NCBI GenBank assembly: GCA_965204745.1
Contig: OZ242010.1
Location: forward strand, 3,552,001-3,616,000
DNA: 64,000 bases
Reading direction: 5' to 3'
From: Candidatus Latescibacterota bacterium
GTDB lineage: Bacteria; Latescibacterota; UBA2968
Both the position numbers and the translations under genes were made by a program. The notes beneath the pieces are model-generated. The model ran no database searches, had not been told where the DNA came from, and saw only the letters and a program-made list of their open reading frames with translations. Of the stretch, positions 21,032-30,464 are shown piece after piece (within the stretch, counting starts at the first letter, position 1; every line of letters begins with the position of its first letter).

Positions 21032-21436
21032 TTAGCGGTTAGCGGTTAGCCCGTCTAATCCACCGTCATTGACGGAAACAATCTCCACCAAACCGCCTGT
21101 CTGCACGCGCATTCGCAAATCGCAATTCGTCAATAAGCGCATTCCCAAAAGCGGCTTTGTTTCCACTGACGATACCAAAATAGAACGCGGTACACCATCC
21201 CAAATAATCGCGGCAGAGTGGATATCGAACGTCTCTATGGACCCGTCGGCCAATTCCGCACTGCCGCGAGTTCTCCAAGGCAACTGCAAGTGGCCGATCA
21301 CTTCGGAAGACAAAGTCAACGAACCATTAAATCCCGTATCCAATACCGCTTCAAACTCGTGAACTGCGCCTGATATATCCCGAAGGTGAATGGGGATTAT
21401 CGCTTCGGAAAACGCATTGATATATCCGGCAATCAT
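21032..21436 (-). CDS. Clan AA (retropepsin-like) aspartic protease, AF_0612-like
   Basis: LDTGFNG catalytic motif, LADG and PLLGM. ATG 21436 overlaps the upstream stop (ATGA). Confidence 0.85.
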   Translation of the reverse strand: MIAGYINAFSEAIIPIHLRDISGAVHEFEAVLDTGFNGSLTLSSEVIGHLQLPWRTRGSAELADGSIETFDIHSAAIIWDGVPRSILVSSVETKPLLGMRLLTNCDLRMRVQTGGLVEIVSVNDGGLDGLTANR

Positions 21437-21693
21437 GAGATCATTCCCACGCGATAGGTCGTTTTTTGGCCCACTCGACAAAGCCAAATTTGCGCGTGTG
21501 GCTGGCGATTTAACAAGCGTTCTGTCGCTGTATAATCATCGGCATCAATTTCAAAAGAACCGGTATCGATATCGATGGCGACAAATTTTCCCGCGTCGCG
21601 ATCTGTGATGCGCGAACGAATGACGCGCTCATAGCAAGTTTGACCCCGCTGGGCAAATTCACGCACACCATATCGAGGTTTTCGCGCTTCCAT
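21433..21693 (-). CDS. Small protein (86 aa, DUF5678-like) coupled to the aspartic protease
   Basis: MEARKPRY...GKFVAIDIDTG.FEID...IWL.RVG, a motif typical of small partners of AF_0612-type proteases. GAGGGAG RBS. Confidence 0.7.
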   Translation of the reverse strand: MEARKPRYGVREFAQRGQTCYERVIRSRITDRDAGKFVAIDIDTGSFEIDADDYTATERLLNRQPHAQIWLCRVGQKTTYRVGMIS

Positions 21694-21719
21694 GCTATGT
21701 CTCCCTCTCGTTCCTCGTC

Positions 21720-22532
21720 TCAATACCCCGCGTCGCGGCAGTATTGGTACATCTTCGCGCTGCGGGTTGCTTCGTGGAGCGCGTCTTCGCCTTCGTAGGG
21801 CGGCGCGCCCGGGCACGCCGTGACCCAGCGGTCGTAGCCCATGTCGCTGAGCACGGTTGCCAGCGCGGGGAAATCCAATGCCTCGGCAACGCCCACGGAA
21901 ACCCATTTGGGCATGAACCGTCCGTCCTCGTCGCGCGTGATATTCTCGTCTGCCCAATCCTGCAAATGCACGTAATTGAGTTGAACTTGAAAGTCGCGCA
22001 GGGACTGGGCCGCGTCATACCCCCAAAGTTGCGCGTGGGACACGTCAATGCACAGCTTGGCCTTTTCCAAATGGCGCGTGTACAACTGCCAGTCCTCTTT
22101 TGAATCGACCAGCAAATTGGTGTGGATGTGATAGCTCAATTCCAAATCGTATTGCGCCGCGTACTCGGCCCAAGCGTCCGCGGCTTCGGCGGATCGTTTG
22201 ATATCGTCTGCGTTGACGGAACGACCTTCGGGCTTGCGGCCACTCATGTACATAAAGCAGTCCACGCCCATCTCAGCGGCGAAATCGATGCGGCGCATGT
22301 TGCGCTCTCGGTGTTCCCGCCCCGGGGTTTCGGGCGACCCCTGCGCTGTGTACACCGCCATGGGCAGGCCCACATTCTCGCAAATTTTCCGCACCCGACC
22401 CGCCGGCCCCAACCAGTCCAAGGGCAAGCGGCACTCCCAACCGTCCCAACCCGCTTTTTTGAGGGCCTCGAGCGACCGCTCCAAGTCTGGATTTTTCCAT
22501 CGCAATGCACAGTATCCGAGCTTAAATGCCAT
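21720..22532 (-). CDS. Sugar phosphate isomerase/epimerase (xylose isomerase-like TIM barrel)
   Basis: GWDGWE, YHIH, CIDVSH and YVHLQD motifs. AAGGAG RBS. Confidence 0.85.
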   Translation of the reverse strand: MAFKLGYCALRWKNPDLERSLEALKKAGWDGWECRLPLDWLGPAGRVRKICENVGLPMAVYTAQGSPETPGREHRERNMRRIDFAAEMGVDCFMYMSGRKPEGRSVNADDIKRSAEAADAWAEYAAQYDLELSYHIHTNLLVDSKEDWQLYTRHLEKAKLCIDVSHAQLWGYDAAQSLRDFQVQLNYVHLQDWADENITRDEDGRFMPKWVSVGVAEALDFPALATVLSDMGYDRWVTACPGAPPYEGEDALHEATRSAKMYQYCRDAGY

Positions 22533-22561
22533 GACGATCTCCTTTGAAAAGGTAAGAAGGC

Positions 22562-22651
22562 AGAGGCAAGACGTGAGAAGGCCACCCCTCTTGCCTCTTG
22601 CCTCTTGCCTCTCCCCTCTTACGTCTCCCCTCTTGCCTCTCCCCTCTTACC
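22562..22651. repeat. Composite repeat: GAGGCAAGACGTGAGAAGGCCACCCC plus (CCTCTTG/CCTCTCC) heptamer array; contains an empty IS110 target
   Basis: The same motif occurs near 44911, 44956 and 51839 (reverse). CTCCCCTCTTGCCTCT is at 22625-22640. Confidence 0.85.
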
Positions 22652-23893
22652 GCTCTTCCCAAACAGTTCCCGATAGGCGCGGTCGAACGCCTCTGAGCCA
22701 TCGTCCAATTTCAGTTCCAGCCGAATGCCTGGCAAAAATCCCGTCAGTCGCCCGGCCAAAAAATCGTCGCGATAGCGACCATCGGCATAATGCGTCTCGC
22801 GGTCATCGGGCCAGCATATCGTGTGAATCTGACGCTTTTCTTCGACCTTAAAATCCGGATCGACCCGATACCGCTCGATCACATCCCAATCCAGTTCGAC
22901 GCCCAATCCCGGCGCGTTGGGCACGCGGATGTGCCCGCCTTCCACTTTGAAATTTTTAATGAGTGGATGCGCCCAGATATTCACGCACGGAATCGCGGGC
23001 CAGCGCGCATGGGACAGCACCGCGCCCAAATGCACGCCCCACATCGTAGTCAGGCCCGATCCCACCAGTTGCAACCAGAACGGCAAATTCGCCTCGGCGG
23101 CCAGCGTGCCCTGTTTGATCACGCGACTCGCGCCGCCGCCTATCACAAACCCGTCGCACACGCCCTCGCGCACCGCAGTCATGAAGGGCGGGTTGCCGAA
23201 ATGCATGGCGATTGGACTGGCGATCTTTTGGCGCAACAGCGCGTTGCCCGCCACATCGTTTTGCGGAATGGGCGTCTCGACCATCGCCAACTGGCGGTAC
23301 TCGTCTTCCAAGTTCCGAATCAAGGGCGCGGCTCGATCCACGCCCAGCAACAGGGAATTGAAATCCGTGTCGATCTTGAAATACGCGGGCACGGCTTGCG
23401 CCATAGCCTCAAATTGTTCTTCCGGATAAAACCACGGGCGCGCCTTGACTTTCATCGTCGTAAATCCTTGATCCACTGCGGCCCGCGCTTCTAGTGCCCA
23501 TTCTTCGGGCGTGCGGTCTTGCGCCCACCACGACACCGGACAAGCCGTGCGGTATTGCACGCCGAGCAATTTGTGACACGGCACGCCGAGGGTTTTGCCC
23601 GCCGCGTCAAAAAGGGCCATTTGCAACCCCGCGCCCAAGGTGTCATCCCACAAAAAGTCGAACGGGTTTTTCCCGCGCACCCGGGCAAATTGCCTTTCGT
23701 TGGACTGCCCCCACGTATAGCGCGTCAAGGTCTCGCCATACCCGGTCACGCCTCCCTTGGTCGTCACTTTGCACACATCTACGAGCGACCAAAACGGCAC
23801 GCGAATCTGTTTCACCTTGGCACACCGCGGATGAAACGGAACGTGCAACAAGATGTGTTCGACCTCTGCGATTTCGCAATTTCGAGCGGTCAT
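22619..23893 (-). CDS. Mandelate racemase/muconate lactonizing enzyme (enolase superfamily)
   Basis: GYGE, ALFD..GK.LGVP..LLG, KVK, DxN, ExP and VP..PGLGVELD motifs. The C-terminus runs into the heptamer array. Confidence 0.88.
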   Translation of the reverse strand: MTARNCEIAEVEHILLHVPFHPRCAKVKQIRVPFWSLVDVCKVTTKGGVTGYGETLTRYTWGQSNERQFARVRGKNPFDFLWDDTLGAGLQMALFDAAGKTLGVPCHKLLGVQYRTACPVSWWAQDRTPEEWALEARAAVDQGFTTMKVKARPWFYPEEQFEAMAQAVPAYFKIDTDFNSLLLGVDRAAPLIRNLEDEYRQLAMVETPIPQNDVAGNALLRQKIASPIAMHFGNPPFMTAVREGVCDGFVIGGGASRVIKQGTLAAEANLPFWLQLVGSGLTTMWGVHLGAVLSHARWPAIPCVNIWAHPLIKNFKVEGGHIRVPNAPGLGVELDWDVIERYRVDPDFKVEEKRQIHTICWPDDRETHYADGRYRDDFLAGRLTGFLPGIRLELKLDDGSEAFDRAYRELFGKSGKRGEARGET

Positions 23894-23968
23894 GAAAAAC
23901 GCTCCTTTGTTTTGTCCATTCCCGGACACGGGGCATCGCCCCTACGGTCTCGCGTCTCGTCCATTCGC

Positions 23969-24643
23969 CTACGCCACGATCAACCGACCGATAGCCCGGT
24001 TATGGGCATCGCAGTACCACAGGACGCCGTCGTGCATGGTCATCCCGTGGACTTCGTCAGGGGCTTGCACGCGGATGACATGATACACCCGCCCATCTGC
24101 GGTATCCAGCAAATTCACCGTGCCCGCTGACGTGTCTGCCACCCACAACTTGTCTCCTTCCCATGCCAAGCCGTGGTTGCGGAGGCCCGGCGTTCTGAAT
24201 GCGTGTTCCTCGGTCCAAGTTTGGGCATCCACCACATGGACGTGTTGAGACGGGGGAGACGCGATGTAAATTTTGCCGTCGCGCCATTCCAAGCCGTGTG
24301 CGCCGGTCGCTGTCGCGCCCGGCATACCCTCGCGCCATGAGGCGATGCGGACGCCTGGGGAATCGTATTTTGCAATGGTTTTCCCGGTTGCCATGTCCAG
24401 CTTGGCGATCTGCAATTCAAAGGTGGATGCGACCCACACATACCCGCCGCCGAGCGTGATCCCGCTCGAGTGATTCGTATCCGTCTGCGCTTCAAACAGC
24501 ACATCGCCCGTTTCCCAATCCACTTTGTAGATTTTCAAATCCACTTGATCGATGATCCACAAGCCATCTGCCGCGGCCTGCAAGCCATTGGGCTGGGGTC
24601 CGGGACTCTTAAACCGCTTCTCGACTCGCGCTATTTTGATCAT
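23969..24643 (-). CDS. Beta-propeller protein (glutaminyl cyclase/YncE-like)
   Basis: Repeated P.GL.W.(D)G.LW..D blades. AGGAG RBS before ATG 24643. Confidence 0.75.
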   Translation of the reverse strand: MIKIARVEKRFKSPGPQPNGLQAAADGLWIIDQVDLKIYKVDWETGDVLFEAQTDTNHSSGITLGGGYVWVASTFELQIAKLDMATGKTIAKYDSPGVRIASWREGMPGATATGAHGLEWRDGKIYIASPPSQHVHVVDAQTWTEEHAFRTPGLRNHGLAWEGDKLWVADTSAGTVNLLDTADGRVYHVIRVQAPDEVHGMTMHDGVLWYCDAHNRAIGRLIVA

Positions 24644-24846
24644 GGTATGGCTCCTATTTTGTGGTAAATGGTTTGCCCGCTCGTATCTTCGGACAGGCAC
24701 GGGGCATCGGCCCTACATCCACTTGTGGCTAATGCCTTTCCGCGCTGAACGCTCCTTTAATGTACTAGATCTTTTGCGGAATGCAAGCCATTGCAATGCC
24801 CGCATTTTTCTTTGACTTGGCGTGGGAATGCCATTTTATTTTTTTT

Positions 24847-25605
24847 ATGAGTCGAGTTCTCGAACACCTCAACGCGCTGTTTCGCAGGCGACGCCTTGTC
24901 GTAGCAGTGCTCGTCGTCCTGTTCTGTGCGGGTGTGGTTTGGAGCGAGCACCGCACCTATTGGTTTGCGCGTCAATTAGGGGCGTATCTGCTTTTGACCA
25001 ACGCGCTGCGCCCACAAACAGGCGCGGTTTGGCAACGCATTCACGCGAGGACGCAAACGCAACAGAACTTGGACGCGACCAATCCCATGCCCATCCCGCT
25101 ATCGGGCTTGCCCGTCGCGGTTGCGCGCAATCGGTTTGAATGCTCTCGCGTGCCCGAGATCGGGGAGGCGAGCTATGTCGCCATTTACAAAACGCCATTG
25201 CCCGATAGCGATCCCAACGCCCAACCCCTCGGCGACGTGATCGCGAGTTTGCGCGCCTATCGGCAAGGGCTGAGCATCGTCAAAGCACTGCATTTGCCCG
25301 ATGTCCATTTTCACGCGCGAGTACGCAACCGGTTTGAGCATCTCTACGCGGAATTTGGCGATGGCGCGTCCGATCCCGATTCGCTCAAAGCCGCTGTTTT
25401 TGCCGAACTCGCAACCGATCTCATTCCCGCCCTGCGACAGCGCGAACGCGCCGCCTTGATCGACGCGTATCAAAACGGACGGATCGCGCAAATTCTTTTG
25501 TTCCGGGATCTCGGGCATTTCCGCGGCGAACTCTACCGAGACGATGACCATGTCCCCATCGCCTTTGAAATTGACGCAAAGGCCGTTTCCGAGATTGTGA
25601 AGTGA
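24847..25605 (+). CDS. Hypothetical protein with N-terminal membrane anchor
   Basis: RRRR followed by a hydrophobic helix; typical codon usage. Confidence 0.7.
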   Translation: MSRVLEHLNALFRRRRLVVAVLVVLFCAGVVWSEHRTYWFARQLGAYLLLTNALRPQTGAVWQRIHARTQTQQNLDATNPMPIPLSGLPVAVARNRFECSRVPEIGEASYVAIYKTPLPDSDPNAQPLGDVIASLRAYRQGLSIVKALHLPDVHFHARVRNRFEHLYAEFGDGASDPDSLKAAVFAELATDLIPALRQRERAALIDAYQNGRIAQILLFRDLGHFRGELYRDDDHVPIAFEIDAKAVSEIVK

Positions 25606-25677
25606 GCGTTACCTACCCCCCTTGTATCTTATATCTTCGGCCGGGCACAGGGGCACCGCCCTTACACATATCGCTCA

Positions 25678-25826
25678 CCTTTGAACTGGCTATCGCCAGT
25701 TGTACCCCGCCCGTGCCTTTTGTGCCTTTGAACTGGCTGTCGCCAGTTGTACCCCGCTCGTGCCTTTTGTGCCTTTTGTGCCTTTGAACTGGCTATCGCC
25801 AGTTGTACCCCGCTCGTGGCTAAACT
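25678..25826 (+). repeat. Three tandem copies of repeat family B separated by GTGCCTTTT 9-mers
   Basis: Units start near 25678, 25725 and 25781. Each has an AACTGGC...GCCAGTT hairpin. Confidence 0.9.
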
Positions 25827-25880
25827 TCCATCTCCCTCCCCGCACAGGCATAGCCTACAACGGAGCGGAGCGAGTAATCT

Positions 25881-27956
25881 ATGTCCAGAAACCTCATCCC
25901 ACATCGCGGTGTTTTGCTCGCGGTCTTGCTCGTTGCCGATGGGCTGATCATCGTCTTGGCCGCGGCGGTTTGGATCGCGCTCACGTTGCCCAGGCTACCC
26001 GATGATCCCGATGACTTGTTGGCGGAATCCGGCATTAACATTTACGCGGCATCCGGAGAATTGCTCTACACGGTGAATCAGCGCGTAGATCGAGTCGGCC
26101 TCGACGCCGTGCATCCGCACTTTGTGCAAGCCGTGCTGGCGATAGAGGACGCGGAGTTTTATCGGCACCGCGGGTACAGCCTCAAAGCCTTCCTCGGCGC
26201 GGTTTGGGCGAATATCCGCCATTGGGACAAGGTGCGCGGCGGCAGCACGCTCACGCAGCAAATCGTGAAAAACATCTTTCTCACGCGGGAAAAATCCTAT
26301 TTGCGGAAGTTGAAAGAACTCTGCCTCGCAACGCAACTCGAAGCCCTTTTTGAACGCCACTACGGCGCGGATTACAAGCACCGCTTGCTCGAACTTTACA
26401 TCAACGGCAGTTTTTACGGCGCGAATGCACATGGCATCGCAGACGCAGCGCGCACCTATTTTGGCAAACGCCCCGCGGACCTCACCCTGCTCGAATCCGC
26501 TGTGCTCGCCGGCCTGCCCAACGCGCCGAGTGTGCTCAACCCCTTTCGGAAAGACCAATCGCGCGTGATAGCCCGCACCGAACTCGTGTTGCACCGCATG
26601 CGCGCCGCGGGGTATATCACCTTAGAAGACGCCGAAAATGCCCTGGCCGAGGGCCTTCAACTCGTCGCTGAACGCACGCCCCAAAACCGCACGCCGCATT
26701 TTGTGGAAACCATCAAAGCCGAGGTGACAAAACTGTGGGGGCCGTCCGCATTGAACTTTGGCGGCCTGACCATTCACACCACCCTCGACCTGTCCATGCA
26801 ACGCGCCGCAGAACGCGCGATGGGCCAGGGCTTGGCCGATCTCGACGCGCGGCTCGGGTTCTCGGATTACGAACGCGCATCGGTCGAACAGCGCGCCGAT
26901 TACGTGCAGGGCGCGTTGATCTGCTTGGATTCGCGCACGGGTCACGTCAAAGCAATGGTGGGCGGGCGCGATATTTTTGTCAGTTTTTACAACCGGGCCA
27001 CGCAAGCCCGGCGCCAGCCCGGTTCGGGTTTCAAGCCCTTTGTCTATCTCGCGGCTTTTGAAACCGGCGGCATATCTCCGGTTTCGCTTTTTGATGACGA
27101 ACCGCGCACCTATCGCGTGAACAACGCGGATTGGACGCCGAAAAATTTTGCAAACCAATACCTTGGCCTCACCACTGTAGCCCGAGCTCTGATCAAATCC
27201 GCGAATGCGACCAGCGTGCAAATCGCCATGCTCATCGGCCCTCAACGCATCGTGGATCTCGCCCGACGCTTGGGGATTCAGAGCGAACTCTACCCCTATC
27301 CGAGCATTGCTTTGGGCGCGCAAGAAGTCACGGTGCTCGACATGGCCGCGGCTTATGGCGCGATTGCGCGGTATGGCTTTCGCATCGCCCCGACATTTAT
27401 CGCGCGCATTGAAGACGCCGCAGGCGAATCCCGGTACGCGCATCGCCCAAACCCCGTGCCTGCGGTCGATCCCGAATACGCTGCGGTTGTGATCAACCTG
27501 ATGCAACACATCGTCAATCGCGGCACGGGACGAGCGGTTCGCGCCCTGGGCTTTCGGGGCCCCGTTGCCGGCAAGACGGGCACGACCAACGACAACACAG
27601 ACGCCTGGTTCACGGGCTTCACGCCCGAGCTGGTGGTCAGCGTTTGGATCGGCTTTGACAACTGCGAAGGTCGCCGCCGACTCATCGAAAAAGCGAGCGG
27701 ACGCCAGATCACCGGCGGCAATGGCGCCGCACCGATCTGGACCGCGTTCATGAAAAGCATCCAGGCAGACAAACCCGCAACCGCCTTTATCACGCCCACG
27801 GGCATCGCCGAACACCCTGTGGACTTACGCACCGGCATCGCCGACACCTCGGCCCACGCCATCACCCTCGCCCTACCCGCAGGCACTCCGCCCAATACAC
27901 CCGCAGATACGCTGAGATTTTTAACGAGAAAAGCAACCGCGGATGAACACAGATGA
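25881..27956 (+). CDS. Class A penicillin-binding protein (PBP1A family)
   Basis: ED..FY.H.G, GGSTLTQQ.VKN and RKLKE transglycosylase motifs; SGFK (SxxK), SAN and KTGT transpeptidase motifs. Confidence 0.92.
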   Translation: MSRNLIPHRGVLLAVLLVADGLIIVLAAAVWIALTLPRLPDDPDDLLAESGINIYAASGELLYTVNQRVDRVGLDAVHPHFVQAVLAIEDAEFYRHRGYSLKAFLGAVWANIRHWDKVRGGSTLTQQIVKNIFLTREKSYLRKLKELCLATQLEALFERHYGADYKHRLLELYINGSFYGANAHGIADAARTYFGKRPADLTLLESAVLAGLPNAPSVLNPFRKDQSRVIARTELVLHRMRAAGYITLEDAENALAEGLQLVAERTPQNRTPHFVETIKAEVTKLWGPSALNFGGLTIHTTLDLSMQRAAERAMGQGLADLDARLGFSDYERASVEQRADYVQGALICLDSRTGHVKAMVGGRDIFVSFYNRATQARRQPGSGFKPFVYLAAFETGGISPVSLFDDEPRTYRVNNADWTPKNFANQYLGLTTVARALIKSANATSVQIAMLIGPQRIVDLARRLGIQSELYPYPSIALGAQEVTVLDMAAAYGAIARYGFRIAPTFIARIEDAAGESRYAHRPNPVPAVDPEYAAVVINLMQHIVNRGTGRAVRALGFRGPVAGKTGTTNDNTDAWFTGFTPELVVSVWIGFDNCEGRRRLIEKASGRQITGGNGAAPIWTAFMKSIQADKPATAFITPTGIAEHPVDLRTGIADTSAHAITLALPAGTPPNTPADTLRFLTRKATADEHR

Positions 27957-27989
27957 ACTTTGCGCGAGGGGACCTATCCCCCGGCCCTG

Positions 27990-28254
27990 TTACCGGCAAA
28001 TAACAAACGCCCACCGCCAAACCGAGCGCGAAGACGCCCCAAACATCCCGCCGAGTCAGTTCGCGCCCTGACGCTCGCTCCTGCGAGGACGGAGACTGGG
28101 CGAGGCGACGTTTGTCGCGCAATTCGTCGCGCCCTGACGCTCGCGCAACCGAGGACACTGACCGCCGCGCCCTCGCCTCCTCCCTCGCCACCCGCCGCGC
28201 CCTCGCAGTTGACTTACTCCTGCGCGGATTGTTTGTCTTTCTCTTCTTCGCCAT
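27990..28254 (-). pseudogene. Truncated 5' fragment of a membrane protein (possibly TMTC/TPR-type)
   Basis: MAKKRK basic leader and one TM helix (ALGLAVGVCYLP), then breaks off into repeat sequence. Confidence 0.4.
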
Positions 28255-28486
28255 TGTTGTACCAATGTGATTTTTCGTTGTCCTAATTTTTCTAATACAC
28301 GACAAAAGCGCGCACAGGCGTAGCCTACAACGGAGCGGCGAGTAATAGACGGAGCGGGGTACAACTGCAATAGCAGTTCATCGTAGGGACAGGCCCCCGT
28401 GCCTGTCCGAAGCAGTGATAGTTGAAGTGTTCCAGTATAGCGGTCATGTATCTGAAAGAGAGGCATATCTACGGCTCGGGATTTGC

Positions 28487-28651
28487 GTGTTGCAACTCTC
28501 ACGCAGGTGCCACCTCGAATTGCCTCTTGCCTCTCGCCTCTTGCCTCTCGCCTCTTGCTTCTTGCCTCTTGCTTCTCGACTCTTGCCTCTTACCTCTCCC
28601 CTCTTGCCTCTCCCCGCTGTATTGCAACTTTCACGCAGGTGCCACCTCGAA
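28487..28651. repeat. 33-bp direct repeat of the AAA gene 3' end flanking a heptamer array; contains an empty IS110 target
   Basis: GTGTTGCAACTCTCACGCAGGTGCCACCTCGAA at 28487 and a near-identical copy at 28619. CTCCCCTCTTGCCTCT is at 28596-28611. Confidence 0.9.
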
Positions 28652-30178
28652 AGCCACCAAGTTGCGGGTCTTTTTGCTGAATGTCGTTGCGATGAGATGA
28701 ATCGGAAGGCCAGCGTCTCGATACTTATCCGCGTAGTGCCGCGCTCGCAGTTGCGTCAGGCCGATGCCCTCGGAGTCCGATTCGACCACTTTGAACTCGA
28801 ACAAGTAGATGTTGTCGTTGAAGCGCACCGCCATGTCCAAACGCCCGTGGCTACTGCTGTCCTCTACGGTGATGTCTAGCCCCAGCGACGCAAAGTAGGA
28901 GTAAAACACACTGGCGTAGTAACCTTCGTAGTCGGCGATGTCGTTTTTCGTGTGCCACTGGTAGGGGATGCTGGCGAAGAATGCCTTGAACAAGTTCTCC
29001 AGACCGCCGAAGTCGTTGACCAACAACAAGTCGTACAGACGGGCAATGTACTCCACCTGTTGCGCCGGGCTTTTCGTCAAGCGATTCAGCAAACTCTCGT
29101 TCAGGCTCTGGCGCACTTCTTGGTTCGGGTAGCCCAACCGGTAGTAGGTCCTGCTACCGCGTGGTTCTGTCTGGTGGATGGTCAGATAGCCCGTTTGGAA
29201 CAGCAGGGCTTCGGTAGCCATGTGGTCGATGTCGAAGGCCGATAGCAACTCGTCGGTGCCCAGCATATTGTCTAAAGCCAATGAACCGACCCCGCGTGTC
29301 ACTAGGGTCTCGATCAGAAAGGTCGGCGTGGCGGTCTCGAACCAGTAGGCGCCGAACCGGCGGCGGCGAAAGAGCAGCAACACATCGAAGGGGTTATAGA
29401 CCCGCTCGTTCCCCAGCCAGTTGTAGCCATTGTACCAGCGGCGGATTTCGTCGCGATCCAAGCCGGGAAGTTCCGGCGCAAACACCGCGTCCAGGTCCGC
29501 GTCCGTGTACCCGCACAGCGCGGAGTAGCGCGGTTCGAGGGTGATGTCGATGAGATTGTTGAGCCCAGAGAACAGGCTGACCTTGGAAAACTTGCTCACG
29601 CCGGTGAGGAACGCAAACTTGATATGTGCGTCGCTATCCTTGATCGTGGCGTATAGGCCGCGCAGAAAGTCGCGGTTGGCACGGGCGATTTCCGGCTCCT
29701 CGAGCGCGTCTAAAATCGGCTTGTCGTACTCGTCAATCAACACCACAACCCGCTGTCCCGCACGCTCGTGCAATGCCTCGATCAGAAAGGCAAAACGCCC
29801 CGGTTCTGTCGCGTACTCGGACTTCATGCCCGCCCGACGTTCCACCGCGTCTAATTGTGCCATCAGATTCGCTTGCAGATAGCCCGGTTCCTTGAAGTTG
29901 CCGCTACCAAAACTCAGGCGCACCACCGGATAGCGAACCGACCAATCCCAGTGGTCGTGGATGTCGAGCCCCTCAAACAGCGGCGCGTTGCCCTCGAACA
30001 ATTCCTTCAACGTGTCGAGGAACAGACTCTTGCCAAAGCGGCGCGGGCGAGAGAGGAAGTAGAGCTTGCCTTCATCGACCAACCGCCGGATGTAGGCGGT
30101 CTTATCGACATAGTAATGGTTCTGCTCGCGAATCTCGCGGAAGGTCTGAATGCCAATGGGCAGTTTGCGTTTATCCAT
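28631..30178 (-). CDS. AAA-ATPase-like protein with C-terminal PD-(D/E)XK nuclease (PF09820 + PF08011 type), paralog A
   Basis: LPIGIQTF, YYVDKT, RPRRFGKS (Walker A), LIDEYDKP (Walker B), WYNGY, GRLD...FEFK and Y.DKY motifs. AAGGAGG RBS. Confidence 0.92.
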   Translation of the reverse strand: MDKRKLPIGIQTFREIREQNHYYVDKTAYIRRLVDEGKLYFLSRPRRFGKSLFLDTLKELFEGNAPLFEGLDIHDHWDWSVRYPVVRLSFGSGNFKEPGYLQANLMAQLDAVERRAGMKSEYATEPGRFAFLIEALHERAGQRVVVLIDEYDKPILDALEEPEIARANRDFLRGLYATIKDSDAHIKFAFLTGVSKFSKVSLFSGLNNLIDITLEPRYSALCGYTDADLDAVFAPELPGLDRDEIRRWYNGYNWLGNERVYNPFDVLLLFRRRRFGAYWFETATPTFLIETLVTRGVGSLALDNMLGTDELLSAFDIDHMATEALLFQTGYLTIHQTEPRGSRTYYRLGYPNQEVRQSLNESLLNRLTKSPAQQVEYIARLYDLLLVNDFGGLENLFKAFFASIPYQWHTKNDIADYEGYYASVFYSYFASLGLDITVEDSSSHGRLDMAVRFNDNIYLFEFKVVESDSEGIGLTQLRARHYADKYRDAGLPIHLIATTFSKKTRNLVAFEVAPA

Positions 30179-30464
30179 CCTTTCCTCCTTCAAGAGCCGA
30201 ATCCCGCGCCAATCGGTCTTGGCGTGGCGGCGTTTTGTTTCCGCGGTTGTGTTTCCCGCTGATCCTTTTTTCTGCTCATATTGCAAGCGGTTAATGCCCA
30301 AGCCGAAGATACCACAACATATACGGTCATGTATCTAGCGGGTGGTCATATCTACGGCTCGGGGTTTGCGTGTTGCAACTCTCACGCAGGTGCCACCTCG
30401 AATTGCCTCTTGCCTCTTGCCTTTTGCCTCTTGCCTCTTGCCTCTCCCCGCTGTGTTGCAACTC

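Noticed and set aside
25678-25826. Three palindromic repeats as a mini-CRISPR
   Set aside because: The spacers are short, repeated GTGCCTTTT units rather than unique sequences, and the unit is dispersed elsewhere as single copies.
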